From the IMG/VR virus record IMGVR_UViG_3300046171_000193, positions 87,682 through 151,681 of that record: a stretch of 64,000 nucleotides of DNA; one strand, given 5' to 3'. Position 1 is the first letter of the stretch, and the number at the start of each line of letters is the position of its first letter. The DNA comes from a virus. The notes under the pieces were generated by a model. That model made no database searches. It worked only from the letters and a program-made list of their open reading frames with translations, and was not told the origin of the DNA. The position numbers and the translations under genes were made by a program. This document shows positions 29,401-38,034 of this stretch, piece by piece.

Positions 29401-31128
29401 TCGTATTTACATCGTTAAAGTTTAAGAATTTCCTATCTACCTGGAAACGCTTGGACTGATATTAAACTAGATAAATCTAAGTCTACTTTAATTGTAGGCC
29501 AGAATGGTGCTGGTAAATCTACCATGCTAGATGCTATAGCGTTTGGTTTGTTTGGTAAACCACACCGTAATATCAATAAACCTCAGTTAATTAATACTAT
29601 CAACAATAAGAACTGTATTGTTGAAGTAACATTTGTAATAGGTAAAGCAAAATATAAAATTATACGTGGCATAAAGCCAAACGTATTTGAGATTTGGAAG
29701 AATGGTGATATGATTAATCAATCATCTCATTCCAAAGAGTACCAGAAGATTCTCGAGCAAAACATCTTGAAGCTAAATCATAAAAGCTTTCATCAGATCG
29801 TTGTCTTGGGGTCCTCCTCCTTTGTTCCTTTCATGCAACTCCCTGCACAACACCGGCGAGATGTGATCGAGGATCTTCTGGACATTAACGTATTCTCAAA
29901 AATGAATAATCTTCTAAAAGAAAAAACTACTGGGCTGAAAGATAAAATGAAAGATTTGTCTTTTCAGTTAGACGTTGAATCTAATAAGATCACAACTCAG
30001 AAAAAATATATTAATGACTTAAGAGCATTGAATAGAACGGCTAAGGATAAGAAAGATGCTCAGGCTGCTAAACTTAAGACTGAACTCAATAATCTCGTCG
30101 AAGAAAATTCAACGCTCACGACACAGATCCAAGACGAACAAGGTCCGCTTGAAAAAGAACTCAATGCGTTACATGATCGCAAACAAACGTTTACTCAATA
30201 TAGTGGGCAGTTCAGACAACAAATGTCTCAGGTCGTTAAAGAATCTAAATTTTACGAAGAAAATGAAAACTGTCCAACCTGCTCACAAGAAATCACGGAG
30301 TCCGTCAGGAGTGCTAAGTTACAATCCTCGAAGGAAAAAGCGAAAGAACTCCAAGATGCAATGCAAGAAGCGTCTGTAAAATCCGGTGAGTTAGAAGATA
30401 ATATAGAAAAGGTTACTGAGAGACTAAACAATGTGAGATCTATTCAGTCTACGGTTAATAGTAATAATCAATCTATTGGTCGTATGCAAGCTGAGATCAC
30501 GGAATTAGAAGCAGAAATAAATCAAACAGGTGATATTGAATCTGCTAAAGAAGAACTTGATTCAATGGAAAATACTGTAAATGAATTTAATGTTGAAAAA
30601 TTTAAACTAAACGAAGATTATTCTTACAATAATGTTATGTCTGAGATGCTCAAGGATACTGGTATCAAGACAAAGATTATTAAACAATACATACCTGTTA
30701 TTAATAAATTAGTAAATCAATATTTGCAGATACTAGATTTTTATGTGCATTTTGATTTAGATGAAAGTTTTACCGAAACGATTCGATCACGTCATAGAGA
30801 TCAGTTTTCATACGATTCTTTTTCTGAAGGTGAAAAGCAACGTATTGACTTAGCTTTATTATTTACATGGCGGATGATTGCTAAAATGAAAAATTCAATA
30901 TCAACTAACCTTCTACTTCTTGATGAGACATTCGATTCAAGTCTAGATCATGATGGCGTTGAGAACCTAATGAAGATTCTGCATTCTCTTGATGAGAATT
31001 CGAATACGTTTATTATATCGCACAAGGGTGATATTCTTGACGGTAAGTTTAAAGACAAGATAGAATTTGTAAAAGAAAAGAATTTTAGTAAAATAAAAGA
31101 TTTACAAGTCCTAGAAGATGTGATATAA
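29397..31128 (+). CDS. gp46: recombination ATPase gp46 (Rad50/SbcC-like), indel at about 29441
   Basis: FKNFLST, GQNGAGKST, CPTC zinc hook, FSEGEK signature, LLLDE. Confidence 0.93.
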
Positions 31129-31129
31129 T
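31101..31129 (+). promoter_or_regulatory. early promoter TTTACA-N17-TATAAT for gp45
   Basis: Recurring motif with TG extended -10. Confidence 0.7.
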
Positions 31130-31155
31130 AGTATGATAAACAAACGAGGTATATA

Positions 31156-31833
31156 ATGGAACTGAAAGACGAAACACTTTCTGTATTGAAGAATTACGCA
31201 TCTATTAATCCTAATATAGTAATTCAACAAGGCAACACAATTAAGACAATGACTGAGGCACGTAATGTGTTATCCTCTGCAACATTGTCAGAAGACTTCC
31301 CACAAGAGTTTGGCATTTATGATCTCAATGAGTTTCTAGGTGTCATCAATCTTGTTGGAGAACCAAGACTTAAATTTGAAACTGATTACGTGGTTGTTAC
31401 AGATAGTAGCAATCGTTCTCGTGTCAAATACTTTTATTCTGATCCTGAGATGCTGACAACTCCAACCAAAGATGTTAAAATGCCACCAGCAGATGTATCA
31501 TTTCTTTTAGATAACGATACGCTAGGCCGTATTAAAAGAGCAGCATCAACCTTAGGTCATTCAGAACTTTCTATTAAAGGAAAAGACGGTGTGCTTAGTC
31601 TATCAGTTGTTGATAGCCAAAACGCTACGTCAAATGCATTCTCTATCGATATCGAGTGGAGAATTTACAGAAGAGAACTTTAACTTTATATTTGATATTA
31701 AGAATTTAAAAATGATTCCTGGGCGATTATCAAGTTGGACTATCTTCAAAACTCATTTCACATTTTGTTAACAAAGAAACTGGCATCGAATATTGGATCG
31801 CCCTTAGAAAAGACATCAACCTTCGGAGTATAA
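31156..31833 (+). CDS. gp45: sliding clamp gp45 (indels at about 31655-31800)
   Basis: LKNYASINPNI, FGIYDLNEFL; C-terminal NLKMIPG and YWIALE-like segments in shifted frames. Confidence 0.9.
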
Positions 31834-31834
31834 T

Positions 31835-32068
31835 ATGTCAGATAAAAAAGAAGAAACAACGGAAGCAGTGAGATCCACATGCTCCTATCTATGAAACAGG
31901 TAATCGTGCTGCTCGTAGTATGATTGCAGTTGTTGATACTATGTGTCAACGTGGTGGCCTTTAAAGGTGAAGAGCTTTCTACTATTGGTACGACTTCGCG
32001 ATCAATGTGTACAGATTAATTCAAATGGCAGAGAACTATCAGCAGGAGCAAGCTCAAGCTGAAAATAA
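31835..32068 (+). CDS. small hypothetical protein (indel-broken)
   Basis: ATG after gp45 stop; fragments NRAARSMIAVVDTMCQRG / FKGEELSTIG. Confidence 0.45.
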
Positions 32069-32098
32069 TGTACTTTCCTATTGAAACTGTGTTATAAT
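32069..32098 (+). promoter_or_regulatory. early promoter TGTACT-N18-TATAAT for gp44
   Basis: Variant of the recurring motif. Confidence 0.55.
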
Positions 32099-32118
32099 AT
32101 AATTATGAAGGAAAGACT

Positions 32119-33049
32119 ATGTCAAGCGAATTTTTATGGGTCGAAAAATATCGACCAAAAGTAATTTCTGAAACGGTATTGCCTCCCCGACTTAAAGATA
32201 CGTTTCAGAAAATGGTGGATACCGGTGAATTGCCTAATATGCTTTTCACCGGTACCGCTGGTCTGGGTAAAACCACAGTTGCCAAAGCACTGTGTAATGA
32301 ACTTGGTTTAGATTATATTATAATCAACGGTTCAGAAGAAGGCAATATAGATACTCTTCGAACTAAGATAAAACAATTTGCATCTTCTATTTCGTTACAA
32401 GGCGGATACAAAGTTGTCATACTAGACGAAGCAGATTATCTTAATCCACAATCTACTCAACCAGCTCTTCGTGGATTCATTGAAGAGTTTAGTAATAATT
32501 GTAGATTCATTCTCACATGCAATTTTAAGAATCGTATTATTGAACCACTACATTCTCGTTGTGGTGTTTATGAATTCAATACGACTAAAAAGAAATGGCA
32601 GAGCTCGCCGCTGATTTCACAAACGACTCGTATATATATTAAAAGAAGAAGGTATACAAACAGATCAAAAAGCTGCAGCAGATCTTATTCTTAAACACGC
32701 TCCTGATTGGAGGAGAATTTTAAATGAGTGTCAGCGGCTTTCTATTGGTGGGTCTGATATTAGCAATAGCTCTACGGATATTAATAATACAAGCGATCTT
32801 GTAAAAAGTTTAAAAGATAAAGACTTTAAAAAGATGAGGCATTGGGTCGCAAACAATATGGACATTGATGCATCTACAATATTTCGTAGCTTGTATGATA
32901 GTATGACAGATACGGTAGCCAACAGGTCAATACCTCAGCTAGTTTTAATTTTAGCTGACTATCAATATAAACATGCCTTTGTGGCAGACCATGAGTTAAA
33001 CGTTGTAGCTTGTATGACGGAGATAATGGCAAACGTAGAGTTTAAGTAA
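32119..33049 (+). CDS. gp44: clamp loader large subunit gp44 (indels at about 32590-32640)
   Basis: LWVEKYRP, GTAGLGKTT, ILDEAD, PLHSRC; C-terminal LADYQYKHAFVADHE. Confidence 0.93.
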
Positions 33050-33252
33050 TGAAAGAATTTGTATTAGTAATTAGCATGTGGGGCAATAATGGCACCGTAT
33101 GGGAATATATAGGTAATCAATATGTGATGAATGAAAAATTTACAGAAGCTCAATGTGAGATTTTAGTAGATAATTCTAATTGGAAAAAACACATAATAAA
33201 CGAATACTATAAATTACAATTCGATTGTTTTCACGAGGACAACCATAACTAA
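33049..33252 (+). CDS. hypothetical protein
   Basis: 67 aa ORF translationally coupled on both sides. Confidence 0.55.
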   Translation: MKEFVLVISMWGNNGTVWEYIGNQYVMNEKFTEAQCEILVDNSNWKKHIINEYYKLQFDCFHEDNHN

Positions 33253-34292
33253 TGTTAGTATTATATACGCAACCTAGATGTCACTATTGTGAGATCATGA
33301 AAAGGATGCTGAGTAAGATGGACGAGGCCGAAGGCTTTCAAACCTTAGACATTACTAAAGATCCTGAAGCTAGAGCCTTTCTAAAAAAGAAAGGTCACAA
33401 AACCGTTCCTATGCTTTATTTAAAAGTGCCTGATCATGAGATATGGATTAATAAAGATATTGATACTAGAAAGCTAACAGGCGAAAACTTAGGTAAAAGA
33501 ATAACAGATGCTATAGCACAGACAAAGAAGGATAACTGTCTAGTATTTGATGTTGATGGTACGTTAACACCAAGTAGAGAAAAGATAGATCCTGCACATG
33601 CTGAAATAATAATGGATCTTGCTAGTAAGGTCGACATTTACATTATAACAGGATCAGACTTTGCCAAAACAAAAGAACAATTAGGAGACATTACTAAAGT
33701 TGTAAAAGGTTCCTATCAATGTGCAGGCAATGAATTATGGGTAAATGATAAGTTAGTTCAATCTGTTCCTGAATTTAATATGTCTAAAGTAATGGTACAA
33801 TGGTGTAAGCAAAAACTAGAAGAAAGCAGATTTCCTCATAGGACAGGCAAGAAGCATATTGACCTTCGGCCGGGTATGATGAACTTTTCTATTCTTGGTA
33901 GAGGCTGTACTAGAGCTCAAAGAAAACAATACATTGATTATGACACAAAAAATAATGAGAGAGAAGTTTTAGCAAGCGAGTTTAATTCAATATTCCATAC
34001 ATACTCTGCCCAAATAGCTGGAGAAACAGGTATTGACGTGTGCGAACGAGGAAGAGATAAAGGGCAGGTGTACAAACCGCTAGAAACATTGTATAATAGT
34101 ATTATCTTCTTTGGCGATGATACGCAAGAAGGTGGGAACGATTATCCGTTTGCAAAGCAAATAGAAGGATTCCCGCATCGGTGTTTTCATGTCAGCGGAC
34201 CGGAAGAAACATTTGAATCTTTAGAAGGTATCAAAAGATTATTTCTTGATGAATGGCCTGGCCAAGATAGTGGAATAGAAGGACAACTATGA
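33252..34292 (+). CDS. glutaredoxin-like domain fused to HAD-IIB phosphomannomutase-like domain
   Basis: N-terminal CHYC...TVP glutaredoxin motifs; FDVDGTLTPSR, TGSD, RPGMMNFSILGR, FFGD...GGNDY PMM motifs. Confidence 0.75.
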   Translation: MLVLYTQPRCHYCEIMKRMLSKMDEAEGFQTLDITKDPEARAFLKKKGHKTVPMLYLKVPDHEIWINKDIDTRKLTGENLGKRITDAIAQTKKDNCLVFDVDGTLTPSREKIDPAHAEIIMDLASKVDIYIITGSDFAKTKEQLGDITKVVKGSYQCAGNELWVNDKLVQSVPEFNMSKVMVQWCKQKLEESRFPHRTGKKHIDLRPGMMNFSILGRGCTRAQRKQYIDYDTKNNEREVLASEFNSIFHTYSAQIAGETGIDVCERGRDKGQVYKPLETLYNSIIFFGDDTQEGGNDYPFAKQIEGFPHRCFHVSGPEETFESLEGIKRLFLDEWPGQDSGIEGQL

Positions 34293-34675
34293 ATCCCTTT
34301 GAATTTTTAAATGCTATTAATACAACTAAAAAAGATGTTATAACAGATGATATAACAGAAAAGGCTTATAACAGTTTTATGGTTAATCGCTCACTTTCTT
34401 ACTTTAATGATACTGTTGTATTAGCTAATGAGATGAATCGCTACCACCACCTCGATAATAAACTACAATTCGACTTTCTTATAAATATGGTTAGAAAGCG
34501 CAAACGCTTTTCTAAATGGATAAAGCCTCAAATTGAGAGTGACGTCGAAGTGGTAAAAGAATATTATGGCTATAGCAATGAGAAAGCTCGTCAAGTATTG
34601 CCGCTTCTGTCACCCGAACAAATAAATGGGTTAAAGAAGAAGGTGAATAAAGGTGGAAGAACAAGCACTAGTTGA
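34289..34675 (+). CDS. gp62: clamp loader small subunit gp62
   Basis: FMVNRSLS, LANEMN, VKEYYGYSNEKA; synteny. Confidence 0.9.
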   Translation: MNPFEFLNAINTTKKDVITDDITEKAYNSFMVNRSLSYFNDTVVLANEMNRYHHLDNKLQFDFLINMVRKRKRFSKWIKPQIESDVEVVKEYYGYSNEKARQVLPLLSPEQINGLKKKVNKGGRTSTS

Positions 34676-35063
34676 GTGGTCTCCAACTTCAATGTTGGAA
34701 GTAACTCTACACGAACCAGACGATTTTCTAAAGGTTCGTGAAACACTGACACGAATAGGTGTCGCATCCCGAAAAGATAAAAAACTATTTCAGTCTTGCC
34801 ATATATTACATAAGCAAGGCAGATATTTTATTGTACATTTTAAAGAATTATTCTTACTTGATGGTAAGAAAGCAAATTTAGAAGAAAACGACGTAGCACG
34901 TAGAAACACTATTACTACTTTGATGTCAGACTGGGGTTTAGTTGAGATTCAAAATAATGAAGAAGCTAAACCGCTAGCGCCATTACGGCAAATCAAAATT
35001 ATTCCGTTTAAAGAAAAGGATCAATGGGAACTTTGTCCTAAATATAATATCGGAAATAAGTAA
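34653..35063 (+). CDS. regA: translational repressor RegA
   Basis: DDFLKVRETLTRIGVAS, LFQSCHILHKQGRYFIVHFKELF. Confidence 0.95.
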   Translation: MEEQALVEWSPTSMLEVTLHEPDDFLKVRETLTRIGVASRKDKKLFQSCHILHKQGRYFIVHFKELFLLDGKKANLEENDVARRNTITTLMSDWGLVEIQNNEEAKPLAPLRQIKIIPFKEKDQWELCPKYNIGNK

Positions 35064-35105
35064 AAAAATGTATATCTGCTATGTACTTTTTGAATAGATA
35101 CACTA

Positions 35106-35113
35106 TATAAATA
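35106..35113 (+). promoter_or_regulatory. late promoter TATAAATA upstream of hsp20
   Basis: Exact motif. Confidence 0.7.
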
Positions 35114-35115
35114 AT

Positions 35116-35172
35116 ATGGGTGCCGAATGATCGGGCCCATTTTAACCTTGCTAGTCATAGGAGGAAAACATG
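35116..35172 (+). promoter_or_regulatory. ROSE-like RNA thermometer in the hsp20 5' UTR
   Basis: Hairpin 1 (35116-35140), then CCUU(G)CUA-guca-UAGGAGG hairpin pairing UUGCU against the SD with a bulged G. Confidence 0.7.
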
Positions 35173-35634
35173 ACAAGTAATTTCGTATATCCACGGAACG
35201 CATTCTTAGGTTTCGACCACATCTTCGATCAGCTGGAGTCTATTCACAGCCACGCGAAGGATACTTATCCCCCACATAACGTAATTAAACACGACAATAT
35301 GAAATATGAGATTGAACTTGCTGTTGCAGGTTTCAATAAAGATCATATTGATATTGAAATCAAAGACCACGTGCTCACTATCACAGGTGATAGACCACAA
35401 AGGCGTGATCAAAATAGTTACGTTCACAAAGGGATTAGTGCTCGAAGGTTTAAGAAGTCGTATCGTCTAAGCGAATACACAGAAGTCACTGGAGCAGACA
35501 TGAAGGATGGGATTTTGACAGTCGGTTTAGAAGTCGTCCTACCAGAAGAGAAGCGTCCTCGTAAAATCAATATTGGTCAAAACGAGGTAATCAATGACAA
35601 ATCTACTAAAGAACTTCTTACAGAAGCTACGTAA
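35170..35634 (+). CDS. hsp20: small heat shock protein Hsp20 (IbpA-like)
   Basis: YPPHNV, IELAVAGF, HKGISARRF, GADMKDGILTV, PEEKRPRKINI. Confidence 0.93.
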   Translation: MTSNFVYPRNAFLGFDHIFDQLESIHSHAKDTYPPHNVIKHDNMKYEIELAVAGFNKDHIDIEIKDHVLTITGDRPQRRDQNSYVHKGISARRFKKSYRLSEYTEVTGADMKDGILTVGLEVVLPEEKRPRKINIGQNEVINDKSTKELLTEAT

Positions 35635-35797
35635 CAGACAAACCTATAGAAACACTTATAATGAACTTTCAAGCCTTACAGATTATGAATTAAATGATAT
35701 TGGCATTACTCGAGGGGACATTAAAAGAGTAGCTATGGGAGATCCATCTTATCGATTAGTCACAGACTATAATGATAATCTGAAAGGATGGGTTTAA
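35594..35797 (+). CDS. DUF1127 small protein
   Basis: RxxYxELSSLTDYELNDIGITRGDI signature. Confidence 0.85.
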   Translation: MTNLLKNFLQKLRNRQTYRNTYNELSSLTDYELNDIGITRGDIKRVAMGDPSYRLVTDYNDNLKGWV

Positions 35798-35961
35798 TGA
35801 CAATTATAACGTCTTATATATTCTCGCCATTGTCGGGATTGTGGTCTTCATTAGACCGTACTATGAAGGTGATAGGGTACTCACGGGCAGCGGCAGAACT
35901 AACGCGGCTTGGGTATCACGAGCAATCTAAACGGCTTATGATGGAATTTAAGAACTTATAA
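35797..35961 (+). CDS. small hypothetical protein (54 aa, ...IGYSRAAAELTRLGYHEQSKRLM...)
   Basis: Read manually; TAATG coupling to the DUF1127 gene. Confidence 0.6.
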   Translation: MTIITSYIFSPLSGLWSSLDRTMKVIGYSRAAAELTRLGYHEQSKRLMMEFKNL

Positions 35962-35964
35962 ATA
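35957..35964 (+). promoter_or_regulatory. late promoter TATAAATA for the DoxX...pseudoazurin cassette
   Basis: Exact motif. Confidence 0.65.
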
Positions 35965-35987
35965 AGAGAACAATAGTCAGAGGTGAT

Positions 35988-36395
35988 ATGATAAAAAACA
36001 TTGTTAATAAAATTCCAGAATTTTGTATGAGTCATTGGCTTTTTCGTATTCCATTGGCTATTGTTTTTCTACAGCAAGGCTTTAGTAAATTACCGGTAAC
36101 AATAGAAGGTGCAGAAAGTTTTGACTTGCCTTACATTGTGTGGTGGTTTGCAGCATACGGTGAGATCGGTGCTGGTATTGGCTTGCTTGTAGGCGGAGCC
36201 ATTATATGGCAGAAGCTAAAAGAAATTAATGATATTATAACTCGGTTCAGCGGTATTACAATTTGTAGTATTATGACAGGAGTTATATGGGTAGGTCAAC
36301 CAGAAAGTTTCTGGGATGTTATCTTGTACGATAACTTCCATGTGTTTCTTTGGGTTGGCGGTTTATATTTTGCACTGAGAGGTAATAGAACATGA
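35988..36395 (+). CDS. DoxX-family membrane protein
   Basis: RIPLAIVFLQQGFSK, GEIGAGIGLLVG, four hydrophobic segments. Confidence 0.75.
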   Translation: MIKNIVNKIPEFCMSHWLFRIPLAIVFLQQGFSKLPVTIEGAESFDLPYIVWWFAAYGEIGAGIGLLVGGAIIWQKLKEINDIITRFSGITICSIMTGVIWVGQPESFWDVILYDNFHVFLWVGGLYFALRGNRT

Positions 36396-36592
36396 GAGAG
36401 CAACTAATTAAGGCAGCTAGAATGCACGCAGAAGGTGAGCTAGAGCGGGCCAAAACTAATTTTGAGGTCTACTTAAATCATCCTGTAGGCATTGGTGAAC
36501 ATAGCGATATTGTTGAAGCTATGCAGAAAGAGCTAAGTACTATGGGTCATGCATCCGAACGATTAGAAATGCTAGCTAAGCATTTTGAATAA
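36392..36592 (+). CDS. conserved hypothetical protein (YLNHPVGIGEHSD)
   Basis: Coupled ORF. Confidence 0.65.
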   Translation: MREQLIKAARMHAEGELERAKTNFEVYLNHPVGIGEHSDIVEAMQKELSTMGHASERLEMLAKHFE

Positions 36593-36747
36593 TGAGCGAG
36601 AACTATTGTACTACTAAAGGGCTAGGATGGGCCTTTCTAATTATTATTATTGGAATGGTAGGTATGCCTATTCTTGGGGCAGCGATTGCTTATCCAGACA
36701 ACTGTAAGCAGTCCATTCTTATTCCATGCATAGGACTAGGTGAATAA
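36592..36747 (+). CDS. small single-TM protein (51 aa, MSENYCTTKGLGWAFLIII...)
   Basis: Read manually; TAATG coupling and abuts the next start. Confidence 0.6.
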   Translation: MSENYCTTKGLGWAFLIIIIGMVGMPILGAAIAYPDNCKQSILIPCIGLGE

Positions 36748-36939
36748 ATGCACTTTACTATTATTAATAATAGCACAGGTGAAACATTTGATATGGAATT
36801 TGATTCTCATGAACAGAAAGAAAAGTGGCTTGATCTGTCCAAGGGGTTTAAATGCCTTGGTGAAGTACAAGGTGACTATCTTCCAACTCGTCACGTGAGA
36901 ATGAGAAACAAAGAGGAACACGCAGGATGGGGGAGTTAG
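36748..36939 (+). CDS. hypothetical protein
   Basis: 63 aa ORF in tightly packed operon. Confidence 0.55.
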   Translation: MHFTIINNSTGETFDMEFDSHEQKEKWLDLSKGFKCLGEVQGDYLPTRHVRMRNKEEHAGWGS

Positions 36940-37145
36940 ACCCAAGAGCAGAAGCTCAAGAAGAAGCCGAAGTAACATTTGACGCTTTTATGTTATGGAC
37001 AAAAAGAGTTACGATGTATGCTGCAATATTTCTTGGTATTGTTGTGTTTGGTTGTAATGCAGGAGTAGAAACTGGTAAAAATAAGACTGGCTCTCAATAT
37101 AACGGAGAACAGTACGACCCATATAATTTAAATAAGGATAAGTAA
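36927..37145 (+). CDS. aa3-type cytochrome c oxidase subunit IV (CtaH)-like peptide
   Basis: EAEVTFDAFMLWTKR plus one TM helix resembles the alphaproteobacterial subunit IV pattern (E-x-TF/YxGF...TM). Confidence 0.45.
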   Translation: MGELDPRAEAQEEAEVTFDAFMLWTKRVTMYAAIFLGIVVFGCNAGVETGKNKTGSQYNGEQYDPYNLNKDK

Positions 37146-37471
37146 TGAATGGAAGTATAAAAGCATTTCCTCCTATGGCTTTGTGGATAGTAGCCAAGGA
37201 AGGATGGAAGAGTATAATGACTATAGAGCATTCGCCTCTTCGTAAACTACCACCTCAACTCGGATTAATGGTATTTTTAATTCTGTCAGTTATGTGGAGT
37301 GGTATCTTTGCTGCTCTTATAAGCAATCCATACATATTTGGTTGGACAGCTGGCGGACATGTTCTAGTTATTTCCGGAATTTTTATAACAGCAATCGTTC
37401 ATCAGCAGGCTGATAAGTATCCCACACACATGAAGTATAGTGGAAGAAGCGCTAATGGTGAACACGAATAA
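37145..37471 (+). CDS. two-TM hypothetical membrane protein
   Basis: SPLRKLP...LSVMWSGIF...GHVLVISGIFIT. Confidence 0.6.
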   Translation: MNGSIKAFPPMALWIVAKEGWKSIMTIEHSPLRKLPPQLGLMVFLILSVMWSGIFAALISNPYIFGWTAGGHVLVISGIFITAIVHQQADKYPTHMKYSGRSANGEHE

Positions 37472-37480
37472 GGATAAGAT

Positions 37481-37912
37481 ATGAATAAAGCTCTAATATT
37501 TACTATGGTACTTACCTTTTTGAGTACTATGATTATATCAGCTGCTAACGCAGGAGATATTACTATTGAAATGTTGAACAAACGTGACGATGGACAAAAG
37601 ATGGTTTACTCTGCAGATATTGCTAGAGTAGAAGTAGGTACTACAATAACATGGATTCCGACGTCAAAAGGACATAACGTAGAATTTATTGCTGGACCTG
37701 ATGAATGGGATATGCCGAAGAAATCAAAGAACAATAAAGAAGTTTCTATTACCTTTGATGTTCCAGGCGTTTATGTATATCAATGTACGCCACACGCAAC
37801 AATGGGCATGATTGCTTTAGTTGTAGTTGGTGATGGTGATAATGACGTATCTAAAGCAAAGGTACGAGGAAAGTCTAAAAGAAAGCTAAAGGAACTTTTA
37901 AAGGAGCTGTAA
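37481..37912 (+). CDS. pseudoazurin (type I blue copper protein) with signal peptide
   Basis: IEMLNK...MVY, KGHNVE, YQCTPHATMGM (His/Cys/His/Met Cu ligands). Confidence 0.9.
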   Translation: MNKALIFTMVLTFLSTMIISAANAGDITIEMLNKRDDGQKMVYSADIARVEVGTTITWIPTSKGHNVEFIAGPDEWDMPKKSKNNKEVSITFDVPGVYVYQCTPHATMGMIALVVVGDGDNDVSKAKVRGKSKRKLKELLKEL

Positions 37913-37954
37913 TGCTTGATCCTGATCACTCATATCGAAAAAAAGTTGGAAAAT

Positions 37955-37981
37955 AAAAAGGGCGCTTCGGCGCCTTTTTTT
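37955..37981 (+). terminator. Rho-independent terminator with cUUCGg loop (possibly bidirectional)
   Basis: AAAAAG-GGCGC-TTCG-GCGCC-T7. Confidence 0.88.
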
Positions 37982-37982
37982 G

Positions 37983-38011
37983 TTTACATTGCCCGCAAAG
38001 TGTGATAGAAT
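37983..38011 (+). promoter_or_regulatory. early promoter TTTACA-N17-TAGAAT for gp43
   Basis: gTTTACA...gtgtgaTAGAAT, T4-early-like. Confidence 0.75.
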
Positions 38012-38034
38012 AAGTATATCGTTGGAGGTTTAAT

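Noticed and set aside
35797-35990. Cuckoo/CcsR sRNA repeats downstream of DUF1127
   Set aside because: No CCUCCUCCC motifs; the interval is filled by a coupled 54 aa ORF.
37481-37912. Cyanophage plastocyanin (petE) and a cyanobacterial host
   Set aside because: Motifs match pseudoazurin; no photosynthesis genes are in the window; tmRNA, DUF1127, ROSE and pcyX point to Alphaproteobacteria.
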